Of a stretch of DNA of 64,000 nucleotides, positions 29,102-38,279 are shown piece by piece (the first letter of the stretch is position 1; each line of letters opens with the position of its first letter). The position numbers and the translations under genes were made by a program. Below the pieces are notes generated by a model, which was given only the letters and a program-made list of their open reading frames with translations, was not told the origin of the DNA and searched no databases. The DNA comes from Candidatus Lustribacter sp. Its GTDB lineage: Bacteria; Vulcanimicrobiota; Vulcanimicrobiia; Vulcanimicrobiales; Vulcanimicrobiaceae. The DNA is taken from NCBI GenBank assembly GCA_965277805.1, contig OZ255842.1, forward strand, positions 2,400,001 to 2,464,000. The letters run 5' to 3'.

Positions 29102-30366
29102 AACCCGAAGAGAACGAACGGCTGGTTAGAATCGGACCGGGCACGCCGGCCGGTGAAGTCTTCCGACGGTACTGGCAGCCGGCCGCGCTCTCGATGGAGC
29201 TGCCCGAGCCCGATTGCCCGCCCATTCGCGTGCGGCTCCTCGGCGAAGATCTGATCGCGTTCCGCGCGACCGACGGCAGCGTCGGCCTCGTCGACGCGTT
29301 CTGTCCGCACCGCCGCGCGCCGATGTTCTTCGGCCGCAATGAAGAATGCGGCTTGCGCTGCGTCTACCACGGCTGGAAGTTCGACGCAACCGGCACCTGC
29401 GTCGACATGCCCTCGGAACCGCCCGACAGTTTGTTCAAGACCAAGGTCACGATCAAGGCTTACCCGACATTCGAAGCGGGCGACGTAATCTGGACGTACA
29501 TGGGGCCGCCCGAAGCGATGCCCGCGCGTCCCGACTACGAATGGATGCGCGCCCCGCGCACGCACCGCATTCTCTCGAAGACGTACGAAGCGGCAAATTA
29601 TCTGCAGGGGCTCGAAGGCGGGCTCGATACCGCCCACTCGTCGTTCGCTCACAACGAGCGCCTCGGCGACCGCAATTGGATTCGCAATCGCGACGGCGCA
29701 CCGCGCTTGGACGTCGAGCGTACCGACTACGGCTATACCTACGTCTCCACCCGCAACGTCGGCGAAGACGGCCAATACATCCGCGTGTATCACTACGTGA
29801 TGCCGGCGCAGCAGATGCGCGGCAGCGTCACCTCGCTCATGGGCGGACGCGCCGAGGTTCCGAAGCTCGACGGGCACATCTGGGTGCCGATCGACGACGA
29901 GCAAACCTACGTCTACAATTGGGCCTGCTCGTATTCGAGCGACGACCCGATCACGCCCGAGTATGCGGAAGAGTGGGAAGCCATGAACGGCCGCGGCAAA
30001 GACGATCTCGTCCCCGGCACGTTCAAGCTGAAGAAAACGCTCGCCAACGACTACATGATCGACCGCGAGCGCCAGAAGACCAAGACGTTCACCGGCATCA
30101 TCGGCATCAACACCCAAGACTTCGCCTTGCAAGAAGGCATGGGCCGCATCACCGATCGCTCGCTCGAACACTTGGGCACCACCGACAAAGCGATCATCGT
30201 GACGCGTCAGCTCATGCTCGAAGCCACCGACCGCGTCGAATCCGGCGAGACGCTGCGCGCGATCGAACCCGCGACCTATCGCAACATTCGCCCCTACGAC
30301 GACTACGTGCCCGAGGGCGGCGACTGGCGCGTGCAATTCGCACCGGAGCTCGTGGCGAAATGGTAA
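29095..30366 (+). CDS. Rieske non-heme iron oxygenase alpha subunit (phthalate 4,5-dioxygenase/LigX-like)
   Basis: CPHR...CVYHGW Rieske ligands; DTAHSSFAH and QD mononuclear-Fe ligands. Confidence 0.93.
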   Translation: MLKPEENERLVRIGPGTPAGEVFRRYWQPAALSMELPEPDCPPIRVRLLGEDLIAFRATDGSVGLVDAFCPHRRAPMFFGRNEECGLRCVYHGWKFDATGTCVDMPSEPPDSLFKTKVTIKAYPTFEAGDVIWTYMGPPEAMPARPDYEWMRAPRTHRILSKTYEAANYLQGLEGGLDTAHSSFAHNERLGDRNWIRNRDGAPRLDVERTDYGYTYVSTRNVGEDGQYIRVYHYVMPAQQMRGSVTSLMGGRAEVPKLDGHIWVPIDDEQTYVYNWACSYSSDDPITPEYAEEWEAMNGRGKDDLVPGTFKLKKTLANDYMIDRERQKTKTFTGIIGINTQDFALQEGMGRITDRSLEHLGTTDKAIIVTRQLMLEATDRVESGETLRAIEPATYRNIRPYDDYVPEGGDWRVQFAPELVAKW

Positions 30367-31370
30367 CGGCGACGACCGAAACGCAGCTCTCACCCGAGGA
30401 GCTGCAGCAAGGCTGGCGCGACGCGCACGTCAAGCCGCTGTGGGAGATCGCGCAGGCCCACGCGCCCGACGGCGAACTCGGCAAACCCGTGCTATGGTCG
30501 TGGGAAACGATGCAGCCGCTCGTGCAGCGCGCGATCGCGCTGACCTCACCGGCCGTCGCCGAGCGCCGCGTGCTCTCGTTCATCGATCCCGACGCCCGCG
30601 AAGGCGAGTTCCACACGATCAGCAACCTCAACGCTGCGTTGCAGATTTTGCTGCCGGGTGAGGTTGCGCGACCGCACCGTCATTCGCCCGATGCGCTGCG
30701 GTTCGTGCTGCAAGGCGGCGGCGCCGTCACCAAGGTCGACGGCACGCTGGCCCGCATGGAATTCGGCGATCTCGTGCTCACGCCCGGCTGGTGCTGGCAC
30801 GAGCATTGGCACGAAGGCACGGAGCCGATGGTGTGGCTCGACGTGCTCAACGTACACGCGCACATCCACATGGGCACGTTCTCGTTCGAACCGGGCCCGC
30901 CGCACGACGTGCCCGCTGCCATCGATAGCTCTGCGTTCTCCAGCGCCAACGTCATCCCGGACGTGCCCGCCTCCAAAGTCTCGCCTGTATTCCGCTACCC
31001 GTTCGAGGAAGCGAAGCGCGCCCTCGACGCGAGCGCACCAACCCGCGACGGCGCGCGCCGCGTGCGGTACGTGAATCCGCTGACGGCCGGTCCCGTGATG
31101 CCGTTGCTCGACTGCTACCTCGTACGCCTCGATCCCGGCGTGACGACGCTGCCGTTCCGCACCAGCGCGCACAACATCTGCACGGTCGTCGAAGGCAGCG
31201 GCTCGACCACAGCCGGCAGCGGAACCGTGAAGTGGGGACCGCGCGACATCTTCACCTTACCGCACCGTGCCGCGGTCACGCACACGGCCGACACGACCTC
31301 GTACCTCTTCGTCGTCACCGATCGCGAAATTCTCCAGCGTCTAGACCTACTCGAAGAAAAAGTAGGCTAG
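30360..31370 (+). CDS. Gentisate 1,2-dioxygenase-like bicupin
   Basis: AERRVLSF, LLPGEVARPHRH, RFVLQG, TPGWCWHEH, RYVNPLTAG. Confidence 0.88.
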   Translation: MVTATTETQLSPEELQQGWRDAHVKPLWEIAQAHAPDGELGKPVLWSWETMQPLVQRAIALTSPAVAERRVLSFIDPDAREGEFHTISNLNAALQILLPGEVARPHRHSPDALRFVLQGGGAVTKVDGTLARMEFGDLVLTPGWCWHEHWHEGTEPMVWLDVLNVHAHIHMGTFSFEPGPPHDVPAAIDSSAFSSANVIPDVPASKVSPVFRYPFEEAKRALDASAPTRDGARRVRYVNPLTAGPVMPLLDCYLVRLDPGVTTLPFRTSAHNICTVVEGSGSTTAGSGTVKWGPRDIFTLPHRAAVTHTADTTSYLFVVTDREILQRLDLLEEKVG

Positions 31371-32242
31371 ATTTCCCCGCGAGAACGCCAAAACCGTTCC
31401 GCAGCCGGATGCAGCGGAACATCGTACGGCGCATCTGCCGTATTTCGGGCCGTCACCGTGGCTTTGCGCTCCAGAAGCGCCGCGCAAATCATCTCGACGA
31501 GATCATCGGATGCTTCGGCATGGACGAAAATCGCCCAACCGCTGAAGTCCAGCGTAAGGATGCCGCCGTCCAGAACGCGCCGCCGATAACCGAGCGCTTC
31601 GAGCCGCGCGATCGCCGTCTCACCGATGCCGAAAACGTTCATCCCGGCTTCGAGCACGTCAGCCATCCACTCATCCGCGCCCTCATCGAAGATCCCGTCG
31701 ATCTTTCCGGCGACCAATTCGCGGAACTTCGGCGAGACCGGGTACGGAATGCCGCCACGCAGCTCGAGATTGATGCCGCGCGCTTCGAGCGACGCGCGCG
31801 ACTGCCCGTTCGCCGCGAGCACGTCGTCCATCATGAACTGGAGCGAATGCTCGGGCTCGCCGCGCAATACGATCGTCAACGGGCCCCTCGCTGCGGCCAA
31901 GTCTTCCAGCGACTGCACGCCGGTGCGCGGATGCATCGCGAACACGAGGCCGTCGGCTGACGGCATGACCGCGATCGTGCGCACCGGCTGCGGCGTGCCG
32001 AAGGGCGGATGTCCGCGATAGGCGATCGTGAGCGCGGCCGACGGATTGATCGTCGCGAGCGTCACCGCACCCGAAGCCACATCCGTAATGCCGTCGGGCG
32101 TGCTCGAATTCGAGAGCACCACTTCCGGAACGGCGCTTGCGAAGCGCACGGTCATCTTGCGCTTGAACGGATCGGCCGCGGCCAGCTCAGCTGCGATGTC
32201 GAGCACGAGCCGCGCGCGCAGTGTCGGTGGTTGAATGTCCAC
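31367..32242 (-). CDS. TAXI-like binding-protein-fold protein lacking a signal peptide
   Basis: YRGHPPF..PVRTIAV, GVQSLEDL and VPLHPAAERFW resemble TAXI receptors; no signal peptide. Confidence 0.65.
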   Translation of the reverse strand: MDIQPPTLRARLVLDIAAELAAADPFKRKMTVRFASAVPEVVLSNSSTPDGITDVASGAVTLATINPSAALTIAYRGHPPFGTPQPVRTIAVMPSADGLVFAMHPRTGVQSLEDLAAARGPLTIVLRGEPEHSLQFMMDDVLAANGQSRASLEARGINLELRGGIPYPVSPKFRELVAGKIDGIFDEGADEWMADVLEAGMNVFGIGETAIARLEALGYRRRVLDGGILTLDFSGWAIFVHAEASDDLVEMICAALLERKATVTARNTADAPYDVPLHPAAERFWRSRGEI

Positions 32243-32282
32243 GAAAAGGCGTTCGCCGCGCCGCTCTGAAAATCAGCCACGA

Positions 32283-32792
32283 ATGGCCCGCAAACGCCCG
32301 CGGACGCTGGTGATTCCCAAAGACCATCTCGATGCGCTCGCGCGGGATTTCGGCAAGGACTTCAATCCGGCCAACGCGCGGCTCTTCTTTGCCATCCGGG
32401 CCCTCGCCCAGCGCATCAACGATCGCGCTAACGACTGGCTTGCGCCGCTCGGAACGACTGCGACCAAGTTTAACTACCTCGTCACGCTCTACGCAAAGCG
32501 CGACGAGGGCCTGACCCTGAACGACTTGAGCACCTTCGTGCACACCTCGAACGCGACCGTCACGTCGATGGTCGATGCGCTCGAGCGCGACGGCCTCGTC
32601 GCGCGCAATCAGAACCCGGCCGACCGGCGCAGCACGGTCGTGACGCTGACCCCAAAGGGAGTTGCATTGATCAAGAAAGCCTTTCTTCGTCACCACGCCG
32701 GGATCGATGCCTCGATGAAGCCGTTTTCGGCGAGCGAGCGGCGCGCGTTGCTCGATCTCATCGTCCGCCTCGGCGCGAGCCTCGAGGCGTAG
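32283..32792 (+). CDS. MarR-family transcriptional regulator
   Basis: ATVTSMVDALERDGLVAR...DRRS...LTPKG; start could be 32235. Confidence 0.92.
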   Translation: MARKRPRTLVIPKDHLDALARDFGKDFNPANARLFFAIRALAQRINDRANDWLAPLGTTATKFNYLVTLYAKRDEGLTLNDLSTFVHTSNATVTSMVDALERDGLVARNQNPADRRSTVVTLTPKGVALIKKAFLRHHAGIDASMKPFSASERRALLDLIVRLGASLEA

Positions 32793-32799
32793 CGGCGTC

Positions 32800-33750
32800 A
32801 TGCACCGGATCGACGTTCACAACCACATCTTCCCGACGCAATACCTCGCCGCGGCGAAGGCCAAGGGCAAGATCGGTGAGGTACTGTCCTCGCAGCCCGG
32901 CATGATCGATTGGACGCCGGCGACGTCGCTCGAGGCGATGGACCGCAACGACGTGCAGAAAGCGATCACGTCGGTTTCAACGCCCGGCGTGTGGTGGGGC
33001 GATCTCGAGCTTGCGCGCACGCTCGCGCGCCAGTGCAACGAATTCTCGGCCGAGATGGCGCGCAATTACCCGAGCCGCTTCGGCTTCTTCGCGTCGCTGC
33101 CGCTGCCCGACGTCGAAGCGAGCCTGGCCGAGATCGCTTATGCGCTGGATGAGCTGGGCGCAACGGGCATTCTCTTGATGACGAGTTACGGCGATCGCTG
33201 GCCCGGCGACGTTGCGTTCGAACCGGTCTTTCGCGAGCTCAACCGGCGCAAAGCGACCGTGTTCTTTCACCCGACCGTGGCGGATTGCTGCCGCGGCCTG
33301 ATCCCCGACGTCGGGCCGTCGATGATCGAGTATCCGATGGACTCGACCCGCGCGATCGTGAGCCTCCTCACGAGCGGCACGTTCTCCGCGTGTCCCAACG
33401 TCAAATGCATCTTCTCGCACGGCGGCGGCGTGCTGCCGATGCTGGCCGCGCGCATCGCGCGCGTCGCCGACCGTTCGCCCGTGAGCGGCCCGCGCTTACC
33501 GCACGGTGCGATGCACGAGCTGCAGCAGCTGCGGTTCGACATCGCGTCGGCCACGAGCCCGCCGGCGCTCGACGCGCTGCTGCGCTTCGCGCCGATCGAG
33601 CACATCCTCTTCGGGAGCGATTTCCCCTATCAGGACTTCGAGTCGGCGATCGACGGTCTGCGCGACGGCGGCGTTACCGGCGCGCGCCTCGCGGCGATCG
33701 AATCGGGCAACATCCAGTCGCTGCTTACGCGTTCGGCGGCGTCCAGATGA
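32800..33750 (+). CDS. Amidohydrolase_2 family (aromatic acid decarboxylase-like)
   Basis: IDVHNH, FFHP, SHGGG, LFGSDFP. Confidence 0.9.
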   Translation: MHRIDVHNHIFPTQYLAAAKAKGKIGEVLSSQPGMIDWTPATSLEAMDRNDVQKAITSVSTPGVWWGDLELARTLARQCNEFSAEMARNYPSRFGFFASLPLPDVEASLAEIAYALDELGATGILLMTSYGDRWPGDVAFEPVFRELNRRKATVFFHPTVADCCRGLIPDVGPSMIEYPMDSTRAIVSLLTSGTFSACPNVKCIFSHGGGVLPMLAARIARVADRSPVSGPRLPHGAMHELQQLRFDIASATSPPALDALLRFAPIEHILFGSDFPYQDFESAIDGLRDGGVTGARLAAIESGNIQSLLTRSAASR

Positions 33751-34693
33751 CGTCGCTTGCCGGGAACGGTTTGAGATTGCCGTACTTCGCCATCACATTG
33801 ATCACCGGCTGAATCTCGCTCACGTCCACGCGCACGGCCTCGTCGTAGTGCGAACGTGCCATCGTGGCCATGACCTCGGGCGCGATCTTCGTGTAGCGCT
33901 GCAGAATGACGCCGGACTCTTTCTGATGGGTGTTCGCCCATTGCGCGCTGCGCTGCATTGCGACGAAGAAACGCCGGGCGGCCTCACCGTTGCGCGCGAG
34001 CCAGCCGCTCTCGGCGCACCAGCCGGAAAGCAGATAGTGATTTGATACCGCATCGTTGAGGTTGCCGGCGATTTGGGCCACGCCTTTCGCACCGGTGATG
34101 AACGGTTCGATGATGCCGACCGCGTCGACGCGGTTTTGCTCGAGTCCCACGGCCATCGCCGCATACGGCAACTCGACGAATTGCACGCTTTTGGAGTCGC
34201 CGCCGCCGCGGTCGATCCAGGCTTGAATGCTGTACGACGTCATGTCGTGCAAGCCGCCGACGCCGATCCGTTTGCCGTTGAAGTCGGCGCCCGAGCGCAG
34301 CGGAGAATTCTTGAGCACCATCAGCGCGGCGTTGACGACGGCGCCGGCATACACCACGCCGGTCGCGATGAACTTCATCGCGATGCCCTGCTGGTGCGCG
34401 AGCAACACGGGCCCGGGGCTGCCGCTGGCGATGTCGAGTGCCCCCGACGCGGTAGCGGCGATCACCGAGGCACCGTTGCCGAGCACCGTGAGCGTCACGT
34501 CGAGCCCGGCTTCTTTGAACATGCCGAGATCTTGCGCGTAGAAGCACTGCGCCGACGGATCGATCGGAATGCCGCCGACGCGTAACGGGATGAGATCCGC
34601 CGCGCGCCCCGCTTTGCGCGCTATCGTGCCCGCTGCAACGGTCGCGCCCAGACCCGCGATGACCGACGAGCGCCGAAGGTTCGGGCCGCTCAT
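33725..34693 (-). CDS. SsuA/NMT1-like substrate-binding protein with Tat-like signal
   Basis: LRRSSVIAG, YAQDLGMFKEAGLDV, WIDRGGGDS..VQFVELPY, EPF. Confidence 0.88.
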   Translation of the reverse strand: MSGPNLRRSSVIAGLGATVAAGTIARKAGRAADLIPLRVGGIPIDPSAQCFYAQDLGMFKEAGLDVTLTVLGNGASVIAATASGALDIASGSPGPVLLAHQQGIAMKFIATGVVYAGAVVNAALMVLKNSPLRSGADFNGKRIGVGGLHDMTSYSIQAWIDRGGGDSKSVQFVELPYAAMAVGLEQNRVDAVGIIEPFITGAKGVAQIAGNLNDAVSNHYLLSGWCAESGWLARNGEAARRFFVAMQRSAQWANTHQKESGVILQRYTKIAPEVMATMARSHYDEAVRVDVSEIQPVINVMAKYGNLKPFPASDVIWTPPNA

Positions 34694-35841
34694 GAGACGG
34701 GTTCCAGACGTTGCATCACCGCCGGCGCTTCGATCTTGGTCCATCGCTTGGGCGGCGCGCCGGCGCGAATGGCGTCGAGTTCGCGGAAGAGGATCCGGCG
34801 CAACAGGGCGATGCCGGCATCCGACGCTCCCAGCCGCTCTTTCGAGCGGTCGTGAATGACGCCTTGGCCGCGTACCGCGGCGTAGTCTTGCGCGGTGATG
34901 CGATCGCCCACGCCGACGTCGGGCAATTGATGGTCTTCGAAGAGCACCTTCGCGTAATCCAAGACGCGGCCGGTGCTGATGCCGCCGTTGCGGCGCAGAC
35001 GTTCACCGGTTTCGCCGCCGGGATAGGCCGCGGCGATGAAACGCAGCGTGTTCTCATCGTCGATCGGTACCGCCCAGCCGCTGACGTTGATCCAGGGATC
35101 GGTGGGCTCCGGCGGCGCGGCCAGCACGTTGTTGTTGTTCGGAAACGTCCAATTGCTGATGCGCACGCCGTTGGGGCGGATCGCCGTCTGCCGGATGCCC
35201 GCCGCCGTTTCGACATATTCGAGTTCCGGCGGCGTCGCGCCGATCTCCGCACCGAGCCGAGTCGGCGTCGGCCAGCGGTGCACGTAGCTGACGTGCGTGG
35301 CATCGAGCGAGTTTTCGCATTGCTGCAGCCAGTTACAATCCCACACGTCCTCGCGCAACGAGATGTCCATGCCGGGAGCCTCGAGCGCGTCCTTGCGCGG
35401 CAGATCGAACGGCGGCGCTTCGCCCTCACCCAGGTACGCGAAGATCAAGCCCGCGTATTCATGGGTCGGATACCCCGCGATGCGAACCAGCTCCGGTTTG
35501 CCGTTCTTTTCGGCCGGCATCTCGGTGCACTGCCCGGTTCCGTCGTAGCGCCAGCCGTGGTACATGCAGCGGATCTGGTCGTCCTGGATCCAGCCGGTTT
35601 GAAGCACCGTGCAACGGTGCGCGCATTGACCGCCGACGAGATACGCGGTACCGCTCTCGCCGCGATAGAGCGTCAGGTCCTCGCATAAGATGCGGATCGC
35701 ACGCGCGGTACCCGGCGCGAGCTTGCTCGCGGTTGCAATCGGGTGCCAAAACTGCCGTAACAGCTTGCCCATCAACGTATCCGGGCCCGTTTGCGTCAAG
35801 AGCTTGAGCTGCTCCACGTGCCGTTGATCGTGACGTTCCAT
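34690..35841 (-). CDS. Rieske oxygenase alpha subunit (paralog A)
   Basis: CAHRC...CMYHGW; ENSLDATHVSYVH; QDYAAVRGQG. Confidence 0.92.
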   Translation of the reverse strand: MERHDQRHVEQLKLLTQTGPDTLMGKLLRQFWHPIATASKLAPGTARAIRILCEDLTLYRGESGTAYLVGGQCAHRCTVLQTGWIQDDQIRCMYHGWRYDGTGQCTEMPAEKNGKPELVRIAGYPTHEYAGLIFAYLGEGEAPPFDLPRKDALEAPGMDISLREDVWDCNWLQQCENSLDATHVSYVHRWPTPTRLGAEIGATPPELEYVETAAGIRQTAIRPNGVRISNWTFPNNNNVLAAPPEPTDPWINVSGWAVPIDDENTLRFIAAAYPGGETGERLRRNGGISTGRVLDYAKVLFEDHQLPDVGVGDRITAQDYAAVRGQGVIHDRSKERLGASDAGIALLRRILFRELDAIRAGAPPKRWTKIEAPAVMQRLEPVS

Positions 35842-35937
35842 GCATCGCTCCGTTTCGCACCAACGAGGTCCCCGCGACGAGACTCGTCGAACGGCGTTCG
35901 AGCAAAAATTTTCTATCGCCTTTGCGGGAGTCGCACG

Positions 35938-37095
35938 ATGGACGATCACCAAGCTCGGCGGGCAGAACGGCTGCGGCAGTTGACCCAGACGGGTCCCGGC
36001 ACGCCGATGGGGACGCTACTGCGCCAGTTCTGGCAGCCGGTCGCCATCGCGAGCAAGCTCGCACCGGGAACGGCGCGCGCGCTGCGCATCATGTGCGAGG
36101 ATCTCACGCTCTACCGTGGTGAGAGCGGAGCGCCGCACCTTATCGGCGGCCGGTGTGCGCACCGCTGCACGGTCCTGCACACAGGTTGGGTCGAAGCCGA
36201 TCAAATCCGCTGCATGTACCACGGCTGGCGCTACGACGCAACCGGAGCGTGCACCGAGATGCCCGCCGAGCGGCAGTTGCTGCCCGACGTCGCGGTGCCG
36301 GCCTATCCGGTACACGAGTACGGCGGCCTGATCTTCGCCTACATGGGTGCGGGCGCGCCGCCCGAGTTCGATCTGCCGCGCCGCGAGGACTTCGAGCGCC
36401 CCGACTACGACATCTCGAACCACGCCGATGTGTGGGATTGCAACTGGCTGCAGCAGTCCGAAAACTCGCTCGACGCCACCCACTTGAGTTTCGTGCATCA
36501 GTGGCCGACGCCGACGCGGCTCGGCGAAGAGATCGGACCGTCCATTCCCGAGCTGAGCTACGAAGAAACGACGGCCGGCATTCGTCAGACCGCGACGCGC
36601 GGTGCCGATAACGTGCGGATCAGCAACTGGACGTTTCCGAACAACAACTTCATTAACTCCGCTCCGCCCTACAAAGGCGCCCCGTGGATACGCGTTAGCG
36701 CCTACCAAGTGCCGATCGACGACGAGCGGACGCTGCGCATCTCGATCATGGCGTATCCGGGCGGTGAGGTCGGCGAAGCCGTGCGCAACAGCGGCGGCGT
36801 GCTGAGCCTCTTCTCGCAAGATTATAGCAAAATACTCTTTGAGGAGCACCGCGTGCCCGACATCCGGCCCGCCGATGCGATCATGTCGCAAGACTACGCC
36901 GCCGTACGCGGACAAGGCACGATCCAAGACCGCACGCGCGAGCAACTCGGCGCATCGGACGCGGGCATCGCGCTGCTGCGCAAGATCATCTTTCGCGAAC
37001 TCGATGCGATCGAGAACGGTGCGCCGCCCAAACGGTGGCGACGTGTGGAAGGTCCGCTCCCAATGCCCGAGCCGGTCGGCGCGGCCTCACCGTAG
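35938..37095 (+). CDS. Rieske oxygenase alpha subunit (paralog B)
   Basis: CAHRC...CMYHGW; ENSLDATHLSFVH; QDYAAVRGQG. Confidence 0.92.
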   Translation: MDDHQARRAERLRQLTQTGPGTPMGTLLRQFWQPVAIASKLAPGTARALRIMCEDLTLYRGESGAPHLIGGRCAHRCTVLHTGWVEADQIRCMYHGWRYDATGACTEMPAERQLLPDVAVPAYPVHEYGGLIFAYMGAGAPPEFDLPRREDFERPDYDISNHADVWDCNWLQQSENSLDATHLSFVHQWPTPTRLGEEIGPSIPELSYEETTAGIRQTATRGADNVRISNWTFPNNNFINSAPPYKGAPWIRVSAYQVPIDDERTLRISIMAYPGGEVGEAVRNSGGVLSLFSQDYSKILFEEHRVPDIRPADAIMSQDYAAVRGQGTIQDRTREQLGASDAGIALLRKIIFRELDAIENGAPPKRWRRVEGPLPMPEPVGAASP

Positions 37096-38267
37096 TGAGC
37101 GCCGTCGCGCGCTCGATCGCGCTGTTTCTCGCCGCCGCCCTCCTGGCACCGGCTCCCGCCCGAGCGGCCGATCCGTTCGAGTTGTATGCGATTTCGGAGC
37201 TGACCGGCAGCGCAGGCTTCGTCGGCAAGAACGAAGTCATCGCGTTGCAAGCTTTCGAGAACAAACTCAACGCAAGCGGCGGCATCGAAGGCCGGCCGTT
37301 GAAGTTCATCATCCAGGACGCGGCCTCGGATCCGCGCGTGGCCGTGCAGCTGACCACCGCACTCGTTGCGAAGAAAGTCAACCTGATTCTCGGCGCATCG
37401 CTGGCGGCGACGTGTTCGGCCGAACAACCGCTGGTCAATAACGGACCGCTCGCATTTTGTCTTTCGAACGCGGTGATTCCGAAACCGGGAAGTTTCATGT
37501 TTGCCGCATCGGTCACCACCGGCAACCACGTTGCCGCCGGCCTGCGTTTTGCGCGGCTCAAGGGAATGCGGCGCATCGCCGCCATCGTAACGACCGACAC
37601 CAGCGGCCAAAACGGCGAAGACGCGATCAACCAAGCCATCGCCGATCCGTCGAACAAAGCGCTGAAGCTCGTCGATATGGAACACTTCAACCCCACCGAT
37701 TTGTCGGTGGCCGCGCAACTCGCGCGCATCAAAGCCGCCGATCCCGATCTGATCGTGCTGTGGACGACCGGAGTCGCCGCCGGTACCGTGCTGCGCGGCC
37801 TGCCCGAAGCCGGTCTCGAGAAGCTCCCGGTGCTGATCAGCCCCGGCAACGCGACGTACGCGCAGATGGCCCAATATGCGACGTTCCTTCCGGCCCAACT
37901 CTATTTCACGCTGCCCGCAGCAATGATCGCCGGCGACGCGCCGGACCCGGCTGTCCGGCCCTTGATCAAGGAGTTGCGCGATGCGATGGCGCCGCTGAAC
38001 GGACAGATCGACATCTCGGTAACCGCGGCGTGGGACGCTTCGCTCATCGCAGCGAGCGCGCTGAAGAAACTTGGTGTGGGCGCGACGCCGGAGCAACTGC
38101 GCGCCTACGTGGCCGGACTGCGGAACTTCGAAGGCGTTGCCGGCCGCTACGACTTCGTAAAGTACCCGCAACGCGGGATCAGCGAAGATAGCGAATACAT
38201 CGGCCGCTGGGACGGGACCAAAAACGCCTGGATCGGCGTGAGCAAGGCCGGCGGAACCCCGCTGTAA
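37095..38267 (+). CDS. LivJ-like (type I) ABC substrate-binding protein
   Basis: Signal peptide ending ARA; ELTGSAGFVG, NASGGIEGRPL, FEGVAGRYDF; GTG start overlaps the previous stop. Confidence 0.88.
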   Translation: MSAVARSIALFLAAALLAPAPARAADPFELYAISELTGSAGFVGKNEVIALQAFENKLNASGGIEGRPLKFIIQDAASDPRVAVQLTTALVAKKVNLILGASLAATCSAEQPLVNNGPLAFCLSNAVIPKPGSFMFAASVTTGNHVAAGLRFARLKGMRRIAAIVTTDTSGQNGEDAINQAIADPSNKALKLVDMEHFNPTDLSVAAQLARIKAADPDLIVLWTTGVAAGTVLRGLPEAGLEKLPVLISPGNATYAQMAQYATFLPAQLYFTLPAAMIAGDAPDPAVRPLIKELRDAMAPLNGQIDISVTAAWDASLIAASALKKLGVGATPEQLRAYVAGLRNFEGVAGRYDFVKYPQRGISEDSEYIGRWDGTKNAWIGVSKAGGTPL

Positions 38268-38279
38268 CATTACCGAGGC

